Shown piece by piece: positions 16,152 to 33,865 of a stretch of 64,000 bases of DNA. The first letter of the stretch is position 1; each line of letters begins with the position of its first letter. The translations under genes and the position numbers were made by a program. The stretch is taken from assembly GCF_009914755.1 (NCBI RefSeq), contig NC_060931.1; one strand, written 5' to 3'. The DNA comes from the human T2T-CHM13v2.0 reference genome, Homo sapiens. The notes beneath the pieces are model-generated. The model was not told where the DNA came from, did no database searches, and saw only the letters and a list, made by a program, of their open reading frames with translations.

Positions 16152-17115
16152 ATGTCTTTTACAAACCAGGAGTTATCCTCCTGGTGGTTAATATGGTGTA
16201 ACCAAAGAATCTTGCACTCAATGCACAGTGTGATGTTAACTAAAACGAGTTAAATATTTAGGAGGCTTGACAGCTACCTGCATTGTAGAACCTTTTCTTA
16301 TCTCAGTGGAACCTTCTATAACCTAAATATACCATTGATGATTCTTCTTCCATTCAGTGACATCCACAGATTATGCAGCTATACTTGTGAAATCGTGCAT
16401 GAGGCCCCAGGGCACCGTTCTAGAACAACGTCACTTCACACAGGCAGCTGAGAAAGGTTCTCTTGCTTTTCCAGTATCTTCCTAAGGATGGAGCCCAAAA
16501 TTGCAGAGCAGTAACTTTGGAATAAAACCAGGGTGGGTATAAAACTTCTTATTCTTAAATTTACATATAAGATCTATTAAGCTTGACACATCTGTGTCAT
16601 CACGCACTGAAGACAGGAAGCAGTTCACTGAGTCAGCTGGTTCCCAAGCTCGCACAGAAGGTGATAAGTTACTATCAAATGCCAGTGAGAATCTTCTTAT
16701 AGAATAACCTGGGCCCAAGTGATTTTAGTACAAAACTTGCCCTTCTTTGGTTTAATTTTCTATGTGCTTTTAGGTGTGAATCCAGATATGCGGTCTTAAT
16801 TCCTTTGGAAATACACAGTTCGTTTAGTTACTGTACACTCTGTTTGTTCAATAAACTGCATATCAACTTCCCACAAAAGCTGACTTTTTTGGGTCTCTTA
16901 CATATAAAGTAGGTTATTGAGTTGATTTTTTTGGAGGTATCTCATATTGGTCGAATTCTTCTGGTATGGACTCTTGCCTTATATAGAGGCTTCTATTTCT
17001 CTTAAGTCAGCATCAATACAACGGCCGGAGTTTCTGTTTTTGCAATAAGAAGATGTTGGTATTTTATGTAGGGTAAATGTGACTGGAATACACCTTTGGA
17101 ACGGAATTCTTTATC

Positions 17116-17121
17116 AATAAA
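17116..17121 (+). terminator. Distal poly(A) signal of RABGEF1
   Basis: AATAAA followed by downstream U-rich tract (tgatttggttctttctt); repeat density rises beyond. Confidence 0.7.
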
Positions 17122-18374
17122 GTTTCACAATCCGTCCCTCTTCCAAAAATTGATTTGGTTCTTTCTTAGGAAAATATACATTATTATTAATATTCTCATG
17201 CTACAGAGGTTTTCTGGTTAAGCTATACCTAAAAATGAAACATTAGAGACATTTGTCAGTTAAAATTAAGAAGACAAGAATATTTGCTGTCACCACAATC
17301 AATCAACCTTGTTCTTGCAGTTCTACCAAGGTACTCAGTCTTCAAACAGACATAAAAGTAGAGAAAAAAGGAGTTAATGTAATCAATATAGAGCTATTAT
17401 TGTCTGTTGGTGAGGACATGAACTCTGAAGCTGGAAGGCTTGGATTTGGTTTTGAATTTTATTCTGCTACTTATTAGCTCATTGGCCCTGAACAAATCTC
17501 TTGTTTCAGATCCCTCAGCTGTGAAATGGGGTTAATAATATTACTGCTTCATGGGGTTGTTGTCTGAACTTAGAACAAATGATAGCTATTATTTGTAGAT
17601 GGTTATTTTATGTAGAAAACCCAAGAGAAGGCTGGGTGTTGTGGCTCACGCCTGTAATCGCTTTTGGAGGCAAGGCAGGAGGAATGCTTGAGGCCAGGAG
17701 TTTGAGAGCAATGTCAGCAACATAGTGAGACCCACATCTCTACAAAAAAAAAAACACTAGCTGGGCATGGTGGTGTGTACCTGTAGTCCCAGCTACTGGG
17801 GAGGCTAAGGTGGGAAGATCACCTAAGCCCAGGAATTTGAGGTGGCAGTGAGCTGTGATCTCACCATTGCATGCTAGCCTGAGTGAGACCCTGTCTTGAA
17901 AAACAGAAATGTAAAAAAAGAAAACCCAAGAGAATTTATATTGAAACTATAGAATTTCATCTCTATATTAGTGAAAGATGAAAATTCTAAAATAGCGATA
18001 AAAGCTAACTGTACAAAATGACTTTCCTATATACCATTACTAACCACTTAGCAAACATTGTGGAGAAAAAAATCAATTTACAATAGAAACAAATATAAAT
18101 CACCTACAGAGAACAAGAGCTTTCAGGATCGATACGAAAAACAGAAAATTGAGTGAGAAGCACAAAGGTGTGACTGCAAAGGGCCCTGTGCTTGGACTTT
18201 AGGGCTCTGTAGCTGCCATCGTGAAATTCTTCTTTTTTGTTTTTGTTTTTCTTTGGGCTGGGGGGTATAGGGTCTGGCTCCGTAACCCAGGCTGTGGAGT
18301 GCAGTGGTGTGAACATGACTTACTGCAGCCTGGACCTCCTGGGCTCAAGCTAGCCTCTCGTCTCAGCCACCTGA

Positions 18375-18668
<294 letters not shown>

Positions 18669-19421
18669 TAGCCAGGATGGTCTTGATCTCCTGACCTCGT
18701 GATCCACCTGCCTCGGCCTCCTGAAGCGCTGGGAATACAGGCGTGAGCCACCGCGCCCAGCTGTCCAGGCTTGTTTTAAACTCTTGGGCTCAAGCAATTC
18801 TCCCACCTTGGCTTCCTAATGTGCTGGGATTACCAGCATGAGCCTCTGTGCCCCACCCCACCGAAAAAAGAAATTTATACTTAAGTTTTTGCCCACAGGT
18901 TCTTCAGTGTGTTAAAAAGGTTGAATGGGGAACCTGAAACTCCTCCCCCTGCTTTTGGAAGTGTAGGGCACTTCCCTTTCTCCACAGTGTCAGTAGAGGA
19001 TGGGTGGAGACTGAACTTCCAGCCCTGCCAGGTGAGAATGAAGTGTTTGTTCCTGTCCTCTCCACCCTCTTCTGTGGTGTTGGTGGGGGCTGAGGGGGGA
19101 GCCTGGATTTCTACCTCCACCCATGATAATGAGGTCACAACTCACTTTCTTCACCAGTGTGACATTGGCTAAAGAATATTTAAATTAGATTGAGAGCCTC
19201 CTAACATAACAACACCCCAAACCTTCAAGACACAATAAAAAAAATCACTGACCATCTGGGGGCAGTGGCTCCTGCCTGTAATCCCAGCACCTTGGGAGGC
19301 CCAATGTAGGCGGATCACCTGAGGTCAGGAGTTCGTGACCAACATAGCTGAACGTCATCTCTACTAAAAATACAAAAATTAGCTGGGCGTGGTGTTGGAT
19401 GCCTGTAATCCCAGCTACTCA

Positions 19422-19565
<144 letters not shown>

Positions 19566-20009
19566 TCACACCTGTAATCCTAGCACTTTGGGAGGCTGAG
19601 GCGGGTGGATCACCTGAGGTCAGGAGTTCCAGACCAGCCTGGCGAACATGACAAAACCTCGTCTTTACTAAAAGTACAAAAATTAGCCAGGTGTGGTGGG
19701 AGCCTGTAGTCCTAGCTACTCAGGAGGCTGAGGCAGGAGAATAGCTTGAACCCGGGAGGCGAAGGTTGCTGTGAGCCGAGATCACACCACTGCACTCCAG
19801 CCTGGGAGACAAGAGTGAGATTGTGTCTCAAAAAAAAAAAATCACTTATCATATCTGAACCAAATGACACATGTGTTGGAATTATCTGACAAAGATTTTA
19901 AAGAAGGCATCATAAAAATTCAATAACTAAAGACAAACATGCTTGAAACAAATGAAAAACCCCAGCAAAACCACTGAAGACATGAAGCAAATGGAAATTT
20001 TTGAATTTA

Positions 20010-20183
<174 letters not shown>

Positions 20184-20757
20184 TTAGCCGGGCATGCTGG
20201 TGCATGCCTGTAATCCCAGCTACTCAGGAGGCTGAGGCACGAGAATTACTACTTGAACTGGAAGTGGAGGTTGCAGTGAGCCAAGATCATGCCACTGCAC
20301 TCCAGCCTAGGCGACAAAGCGACACTCCATCTGAAAAAAAAAAAAAAATTCATATTAGAATTGCAGTGATCGAAGAATGGATTAACTGGGATATAGATCA
20401 ATAGAAATTCCCAATGTGAACAACAGAGCAAAAATTGAACTTTTAAAATGTAGGCTCAGGGACCCGTGGGATGGTTAAAAGAAAAAAGAGATCTATCATT
20501 GTCACTGGAGTAACAGAAGGAGAGGAGAAAAATGCATATGGCTAAAAAATATTAAATAGCAACTGAAAATCTCCCCAAAATTTTCATGCCTGTAATCCCA
20601 GCAATTTGGGAGGCCGAGGCAGGAGGATCACCTGAGGGCAGGAGTTGGAGACCACCAGCCTGGTCAACATGGTGAAACCCCATCTCTACTAAAAAAATAC
20701 AAAAATTAGCCAGTTGTGGTGGCATGAGCCTGTAACTCAGCTACTCAGGAGGCTTAG

Positions 20758-21225
<468 letters not shown>

Positions 21226-21562
21226 TGATTTCAAAGCACTAAGACCACAGCTGATTGCTGAATAAGGAGTGGGCGTGTCAGCTACCTTCCCGGAGGGGGG
21301 CAGGCAGGCTCCTGGGCCCTGTACCCTCCCACCCCCTAGGTCCCCCCACCATCCACCTGTAGGCACCTCCTCTCCCCTGGAGTCTCTAACACAGAGCTGG
21401 CAGGGTACAGTCGGGCCTGGATTGCTAACCTGGCTTGCCTGGTCCCTTAGGCCCTGAAGTTGGGGGCCAGCTCCTCCCCACTTCCAGCCTGGCCCTCCAA
21501 TCCCAAACCAGGTCAGGGTCATGGTGCTGGGACAACAGACCTCCCCCTGAGCTCAACCTTAC

Positions 21563-21664
21563 CTTGAAAGCCCTGTCTCTTCAGGCTCTCGCCCACCAGA
21601 GGGTCCCTGGAATCCCTCTCTGGGGGCAGGGCAGGGGGAGAGAAACCAAGTGAGGAGGCAGTTC
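21563..21664 (-). pseudogene. GTF2IRD1-like exon with two acceptors: 102 nt (GTASSLGFSPPALPP+ERDSRDPLVGESLKRQGFQ) or 57 nt (21563-21619)
   Basis: both cag acceptors intact, 45 nt apart; donor CAAG|gtaag. Confidence 0.9.
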
Positions 21665-21835
21665 CTGGGACCCAAGATGGCATCATTAGGGGAAACCCAG
21701 TGCGGGGGTGTGGGGAGAATGCCAGGGCCAAGATGAGAGCAGGACAGAGCCAGCAGGAGGAGGGGCTGGTGGCAGAGGCTCCTGGGCCCCTCCCTTGCCC
21801 GCCCACACCATGTCCCACGACCCCGCGCTGGGTAC

Positions 21836-21885
21836 CTTGACTGTCAATGATGGGCTCTTTGACTCCCTCAGTGAGCAGCTCAGGC
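21836..21885 (-). pseudogene. GTF2IRD1-like exon, 50 nt (RPELLTEGVKEPIIDSQ)
   Basis: gttttccag|GCCTG...CAAG|gtacc. Confidence 0.9.
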
Positions 21886-22292
21886 CTGGAAAACACAAGT
21901 GGGGCCATCACAGAGGTCCCTCCAAGCATCTCTGGGACTGCCCAGCCCTCCCCTCTGGGCCTCGGTCTGCACATCCCTGCAATGGACCCTCCTGGCTCCG
22001 CACAGTTAGGCCTGGAGTCCCTGCTGCCCCATGTGTGGAATCTGGGGGGCTGCCCTGGGCTTGAAGGATCCAGCTGGGAGTGAGACCCACCCAGTCCTGA
22101 ACAGGTCCGTCTGATATCTCACTCCTGCTCCAGGGACATTGCACGATTGTCACTACCTGGGATTGGAGCAGGCGGCCTCAGGGGGCCTCCTGTGGAGCTG
22201 GTTTAAAGTGTAGAAACAAGGTCTAGTGCAGTAGCTCACGCCTGTAATCCCTGCACTTTGGGAGGTCGAGGAAGGCAGATCACTTGAGGTCA

Positions 22293-22493
<201 letters not shown>

Positions 22494-22495
22494 CT

Positions 22496-22511
22496 AAATA
22501 AATAAATAAAA

Positions 22512-22546
<35 letters not shown>
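22496..22546 (+). repeat. (AAAT)n microsatellite, Alu tail
   Basis: direct reading. Confidence 0.95.
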
Positions 22547-23642
22547 AGTGTAGAAACAGTCGGGGTCCACTACATAGCAAGAACTCTGAGCTTCTGGAAA
22601 GGTCTCAGATCTGTGGCTCACATCTGAGAGCTGCTGTGTAAATGCAGTCGGGAGTGCCAGTGAGCAAGCCCAGCTTTGTATTATAATAATGTCTTTAGCT
22701 CCACAGACTCCAGAAAGCCCTGTCCAGACATGAATCAACCTTCTTTATCATACCACACTGCTTCTAAAGTCTCCATCTTCAGCACAACTTGTCCTGTTAG
22801 AGCAAGCCTGTTGGGGGGCTGGGGTTTGTGGTGGGTAGAGGACACTGGGAAAATCATGCTGGCCAGAAGGGGGCTGTCGGGGGATGGCAGGGTAGGCCAT
22901 GGAGTGGAGAGGTAATGAGCTCTCTGTCACAGGGGTAATCAAGCAGCAGCACTGAGGAGTCTCTGCCTGAGAGTGAGCCCAAAGGCCAAACTCTCAAGGA
23001 GGGCACCCCTTGGGTCCCCAGTAGATGAGGATTTGGTGCCTGCTCTGGCGGTGGGCATCTCTTAAGCTTCTGAACAGTGCCAGGCACAGAGCTGGGGTCA
23101 CAGGGCCAGGGCTGGGAGGGGGAAGCATAACCCTGCCTTGAACCACAGTCTCAGGAGCTAGAAAAGGCTTCGGACTGCATTTGGGCCCCTCCTCTTTATG
23201 GGAGAACTCAGGTTCTGAAAGGGGAAGTGACTTCCCAGCAGTAAACTTAGAGAGGCAGAAGCTGGGCAGAGCCCCTGAGTCCCAGGCCAGAGTAGCGACA
23301 GTGCTTCCCCTTAAATAGCACAGCCGGCTGCCAAGGCCACAGGGAGTAACAGGAGGAGCTGGCCTCAAACCCACCAGACAGCCTCTCCCGTCGGCCACTG
23401 CGCTGATCTGCCTCCTTTTCCAAATGACAGGTGTAGAAAGCCATCGTGACTTTAAAAAGTGCTCAAGGCTGGGCATGGTGGCTCAACCTGTAATCCCAGC
23501 ACTTTGGGAGGCTGAGGCAGGGGGATCGCTTTGAGCCCAGGAGTTTGAGACCAGCTTGGGCAACATAGCGAGACCCCTTCTCTACAAAAAATGTAAAAAT
23601 TAGCCAGGTGTGGTGGCGTGCTCCTGCAGTCCCAGCTACTCA

Positions 23643-24023
<381 letters not shown>

Positions 24024-24449
24024 CTACTAAAAATACAAAATTTAGCCAGGCATAGTGACATGCGCCTGTTATTACAGCTACTCAGGAGGCTGAGGCAGGG
24101 GGATTGCTTGAACCGGGAGGCAGATGTTGTAAGTCGAGATCGCACCACTCCACTCCAGCCTGGGCAACAGAATGAGACTGTCTCAAAAAATAGAAAACAA
24201 CAACAACAACAAAACCCACAAAAAACAAAAAAACAATGCTCATGAGCACAAGGTGTCTCTGCACAAAACCATAAAAAATGTCATTCATGAGGACTTGCTG
24301 TTGAATTGGCACCTAACCTCAAGCTGCCCGGGTGCCCCTGGTTTATGGTTTGAGGGAGTGGGCGTTGAAAGCAAAAACAAAAACAAAAACAAACGAGAAT
24401 GAGACCCTGTCTCTAAGAATTTTTTAAAAATAAAATTCAAACTCTTTAA

Positions 24450-24864
<415 letters not shown>

Positions 24865-25094
24865 GTATTTTTAGAGATGGGTTTGCACCATGTTGGCCAG
24901 GCTGGTCTTGGACTTCCGACCTCAGGTGATCCACCCTCCTCGACCTCCCAAAGTGCTGAGATTACAGGCGTGAGCCACCGCTCCTGACCTATTTTTCTTT
25001 TTTTTATAGAGATAGGGTCTAACTATGTTGCCTAGGCTGGTCTCAAACTCCTGAGCTCAAGCAATCCTCCCACCTCAGTCTCCCAAAGTGCTAG

Positions 25095-25477
<383 letters not shown>

Positions 25478-26023
25478 TAGTGTCGAACTCCTGACCTTGT
25501 GATCTGCCTGCCTTAGCCTCCCAAAGTGCTGGGATTACAGGCATGAGCCACTGCGCCTGGCCTGCTCCCACACTCTTTATGCACCTGGCTGGCCCTCTCA
25601 CTTCATTGGGTCGCTGCTCCAATGTCACCTCCTTTTCCAGGTTCCTCCTGTCCCTCTCTCCCCCTCACTCTGAATTATATCCTGTCACAGCAGTTATCTC
25701 TACGTGACATGATGTTGTGATTTTGTCTGGGTGACATCGGCAACTCCAGGGCAACTTGGTGGCATTTACCGCTGGGCTGCAAGCCCAGGACCTGGCAGGC
25801 ATCCAGGATGGTTTTTTAGTTTGTTTGTCTCTTTGTGTTTTATTTATTTATATATATATTTTTTTATTTATTTTGAGAAGGAGTCTCGCTCTGTCGCCCA
25901 GGCTGGAGTGCAGTAATGCGATCTCAGCTCACTGTGACCTCCACCTCCCAGGTTCAAGTGATTCTTGAGCCTCAGCCTCCCGAGGAGCTGGGACTACAGG
26001 TGAGCACCACCACGCCCAGCTAA

Positions 26024-26465
<442 letters not shown>

Positions 26466-26771
26466 CTCTCTTTGTATTTTTAAAGGGACGAGGTCTTGCT
26501 CTGTCACCCAGGCTAGAGTGCAGTGATGCCATCATAGCTCACTGCAGCCTGGACCTTCTGTGCTTAAGCGATTCTTCTGCCTTCCGCCTCAGCCTCCCAA
26601 GTATCTGGGACTACTGGCACATACCACTGCACCTGGCTAATTTTTTAATTCTAAAAATCAAATAGAGATGGGGTCGCTATGTTGACCAGGCTGGTCTCAA
26701 ACTCCTGGCCTCAAGCGACCCTCCCATTTTGTCCTCCCAAAGTGCTGGGATTACAGGTGTGAGAATTTTAA

Positions 26772-27311
<540 letters not shown>

Positions 27312-29670
27312 TGACCCGCCCACCTCGGCCTTTCAAAGGGCTGGGATTACAGGTGTGAGCCACCGTGCCCGGCCTTAATTTTTGTATTTTTAGTAGTCCT
27401 GATCTCAAGTGATCTGCCCACCTCAGCCTCCCATGCTGGGATTACAGGCATGAGCCACTGTGCCCAGCTCAATCTTCCTTTTAATATGCCCAGACACACC
27501 AGGTATGTGGCTGCATTTCATCCTGGCCTGCTGAAGCCTTTGATTCTACTGCATGAATCACGACTCTTGCTCTCCAGCCCTTTTGCATAGCTTTTTGCTA
27601 TCTGCTCTTTGTGTGTCATGGAGCAGCAGCCTCCCTCCTGGCATAGAGCAGGCCCTGCAGAAGAGCTCCCTGTCCCAGCAGATCTCCTCGCCACTTTATG
27701 CAAAAATGACACTGTGAGTCTCCCAGTTTGAGAACCATCTATTCCCCTGGATGAACAAACCCTTAAGAGTCTCTTCTTTCTTGCTGCTTTCAACCAAACC
27801 AAGCCTAATTTTTTTTTTTTTTTTGAGACAGAGTCTCACCGTGTCGCCCAGGCTGGAGTGTTGTGGTGCCATCTCAGCTCAATGCAGCCTCCACCTCCCG
27901 GGTTCAACTGATTCTTCTGCCTCAGTCTCCTGATGACAGGGAGATTACAGCTGGGATTACAGGCATGAGCCACCACGCCTGGCTAATTTTTGTATTTTTA
28001 GTAGAGATGGGATCTCGCCATGTTGGCCAGGCTGGTCTTGAACTCCTGACCTCAAGTGATCTGCCTGCCTTGGCCTCCCAAAGTGCTGGGATTACAGGCA
28101 TGAGCCATCGTGCCCAACCATAAACCAAGCCTAAATGTATGCTATTACAGTAACACAGAAGTAACAAACACAAAATGGAAATAGGATCCTCCCATTCCCT
28201 GTTTTGTTTTTTTATTTTTTTGAGGAGGGGTCTTGCTCTGTTACCCAGGCTGGAGTGCAGTGGTGCAATCATAGCTCACTGGAGCCTCCAAACCCCTCCT
28301 GGGCTTAAGTGATCCTCCCACCTCAGCCTCCTGAGTAGCTGAGATTACAGGTGTGCACCACCATGCCCAGCTAATTTAAAAGTTTTTTGTAGAGATGGGG
28401 TCTTGTTATGTTGCCCATGCTAGTCTTGAACTCCTGGCCTCAAGTGATTCTTCTGCTTCAGCCTCCTGAGTAGCTGAGACTACAGGCATGTGCTGCTACA
28501 CTAGAGCTTATAAAATTTTTTTTGTAGTGACACAGTCTTGCTATGTTGCCCGGGCTGGTCTTGAACTCCTGGGCTTAAGCAATCCTCCCACCTCAGCTTC
28601 CCAAAGTGCTGGGATTACAGGCATGAACCACTGTTCCTGAAATCCCCCGACCACATTTTTACTCAATAACTGCCACCGCCTTCTCCAAAGGGACATTTTA
28701 TCCTAGCTGGGCACACAGAGTGTATCCATGGGTGCTGCCCTGGGACCTCACTGGCAAAAACACAACATGCTCAAGGAAACAGAAAGAGCCTGGAGAAGCC
28801 ACTGCCAGACTTTCCCATCCTGGGACAATGGGGCATTGCCACCAGCCCCTGGCCCAGGACACCAACACACCAGCCTGGAGAACCTGTGAGCTGATGGGAC
28901 ATTCCCATTCTGCATCTGGGCAAACTGAACACTGCTCTCCTGAGACTGTGAGAGGGGTCAGCTCGGTGGCTTTGGGTCTGACAGGCCTGAGAAGCCTCAC
29001 ATCTGCCAACTGCAGCCAAACCCATCTAACACCTTGCTGTCAAAGAAAAAAAAAAAAAGAGAGAGAGAGAAAAGAAAGGCCTGGTGTGGTGGCTCATGCC
29101 TATAATCCCAGCAATTTGGGAAGCTGAGGTGGCAGGATCACTTGAGGTCAGTAGTTCAAGACCAGCCTGGCCAATATGGTGAAACCCTATCTCAGCTAAA
29201 AATACAAAAATTAGCTGGGAGTGGTGGTGGGCACCTGTAGTCTCAGCTACTCGAGAGGCTGAGTCAGGAGAATCACTTGAACCCAGGAGGCTGTGGTTGC
29301 AGTGAGCCAAGATCGTACCACTGCACTCCAGCCTGGGAGACAGAGTGACACTCTGTCTAAAGGAAAAAAGAAATAGTGGCCAGGCGCGGTGGCTCACGCC
29401 TGTAATCACTTTGGGAGGCCCAGGCAGGAGATGGCTTGAGTCCAGGAGTTTGAGAACAGTCTGGGCAATGTGGCCAGACCCTATCTCTAAAAAAATAAAA
29501 TCAATCAATCAATTAATCAAAAAATTAGCTGGGTATGGTGGCACACACCTGTGGTCCCAGCTATTCGGGTGGCTGAGGCACAAGAATCGCTTGATGGTGA
29601 TTTGGTGCTGCTCCTGCCCCGGGTGCTGAGCAGTCCTGGTGCTGTCTCCCATGGACCTAGCTGGGCCTTA

Positions 29671-29910
<240 letters not shown>

Positions 29911-30510
29911 TCAACCCCTGTGTCCCATGCCTGTGTAGGGGGCAAAGCTGCCAGAGCCCTTTTGAGGGCCTGCCAGCCTTCCTGGGAGGTGGAAAGAGTA
30001 GCTCCCCAGCCTGCAGGAAAGGAACCTGGAGCTCAGAGGGGACATGACTTGTCTGAGGTCACAGAGCCACTGAACGACAGAGCCAGGGGATAAGAACTCA
30101 ACCCAGGGTTACCCCAAGGCCCACACTGGGTCCATGCCCTCATGCCCAGGCAGCACAGAAGCCACCGCTAATGGCTGCTGAGATTCGGCATTGCTTCCCC
30201 CTGAGTCCCTTCAGCCTCACCCTTCCAGTAAGGCCCCCCGAGTGTTCCTCCTGCCACCATAAGCAACCCCACACGCTGGTGTGGCCCAACACCACACCTT
30301 GAAATGAGCCTGATCTCTGCCACTGAGTAGTGTGGGGCCTTGGACGAGTCACACCCTTTACCAAGCCTCAGTTCTCCTCAGCTGTAAAGTGGGTCTTAGG
30401 ACACGGGGATTTTGTGAGATGGGATACAAGAACACGGGGGCTGGACACGGTGGCTCATGCCTGTCATCCCTGCACTTTGGGAGGCTGAGGTGGTGGATCA
30501 CTTAAGGTCA

Positions 30511-30780
<270 letters not shown>

Positions 30781-30969
30781 TTATCTTATCTTATTCTTTT
30801 TTTTTAAGGAGGGCCCCAGCTCCTCCCTTCCCTTGTCCCTGCCCTTGTCCCTGCCCAGAGAGCAGCTGGGATGGGAGCTGGCAAGGGGATGGGTCCAAAG
30901 CCCTTCTGCAAACAGGGCAGCTGGAGGGGGGCTGGGATGCCCCCAGACCCTGTCCCACTTCTTGCTCAC

Positions 30970-31035
30970 CATATCATCTGTTGAAGAGCAGCTCCACCTG
31001 CTTCCGCAGGGGCTGGATCACGTCACCTTGACTGT
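30970..31035 (-). pseudogene. GTF2IRD1-like exon, copy B, 66 nt with premature stop (DSQGDVIQPLRKQVELLFNR*Y)
   Basis: TGA at 30976-30974; canonical splice sites. Confidence 0.92.
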
Positions 31036-31390
31036 CTGGAAGGCAAAAGGCAGTCTGTTGAGGCTCTTTGGTGGCAGCTTCTAGGCTGATGTTCCTGCTC
31101 TGCTGGTACCAAGATTGGCCCTGTGGTGGGATCTTGGAATGGGGGAAGGCTGGGGTGGTGGCGGTGGGCAACTTGAATTTCCTCAGAAATGGCACACGCA
31201 GACAGGTCCACAATTCCTGGGCTCACATCCTTGTTTGTGAAATCAAATCTAGGGCATCACCAGCCTGAATGAAGATTTGGAAGGTTCTGTGGACTAGGAG
31301 TGACCATGGGTCTTTCTAGGTATGTGACTGAGTATAGTATGTGACTGAGAACTACTGGGTACACACTAAGCCTGCAAATTGAGTACGCCG

Positions 31391-31404
31391 CCACCAGGTG
31401 GCAG
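31391..31404 (+). promoter_or_regulatory. CTCF core motif CCACCAGGTGGCAG (copy B)
   Basis: matches the CCASYAGRKGGCRS consensus. Confidence 0.6.
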
Positions 31405-31874
31405 TGGAACTGTGTTAAGACTTCATGGTTTCTCCTGCCAGGCTGGTTTTGGGGAAGTGACAGTTCTCTCCTCTGACACTCACTCATTCCATTCCAGGAT
31501 ACTCCAGAGGTAAGACAGACTCACCCTCATGCTGGCCTCCCTCTCTCTCTGTCCTACTTCCATTCTCAGCAGGGAGGGAATTCTCACCTTCCTGAGAATG
31601 GGTGTGTCTGCTGGACACAAAGCCAATTTTGTGCTTTCAGGCCTCTATTCTACTTGTTCAGATAGAGGAGGCTCAGTTCCCAGTCTTAAAACCTTTGTGG
31701 AAAGCAGCAGGGTGTGTAATAAAAACAAAGCCTTGTAATTTCCCTTAGCAGTGGGAACTGCTCCTAGCTCTGACCAGGTACCTCATGTATACAACACCAA
31801 CACCCATGCCCTGGAATGAGCCTGATCTCCCACTGAGTGGTGTGGGGCCTTGGATGAGTCACACCCCTTTATCA

Positions 31875-32790
<916 letters not shown>

Positions 32791-32793
32791 TAG

Positions 32794-33126
<333 letters not shown>

Positions 33127-33129
33127 TAG

Positions 33130-33273
<144 letters not shown>

Positions 33274-33293
33274 TAATTTTGTATTTTTAGTAG

Positions 33294-33419
<126 letters not shown>

Positions 33420-33436
33420 TAATTCATCAGGTTTGA

Positions 33437-33865
<429 letters not shown>

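Larger units (their letters stand above)
14968..17140 (+). other. RABGEF1: RABGEF1 3'UTR (end approximate)
   Basis: AU-rich, Alu-free stretch after the stop; AATAAA at 15141, 15659, 16521, 16850 and 17116; U/GU-rich sequence after the last one. Confidence 0.8.
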
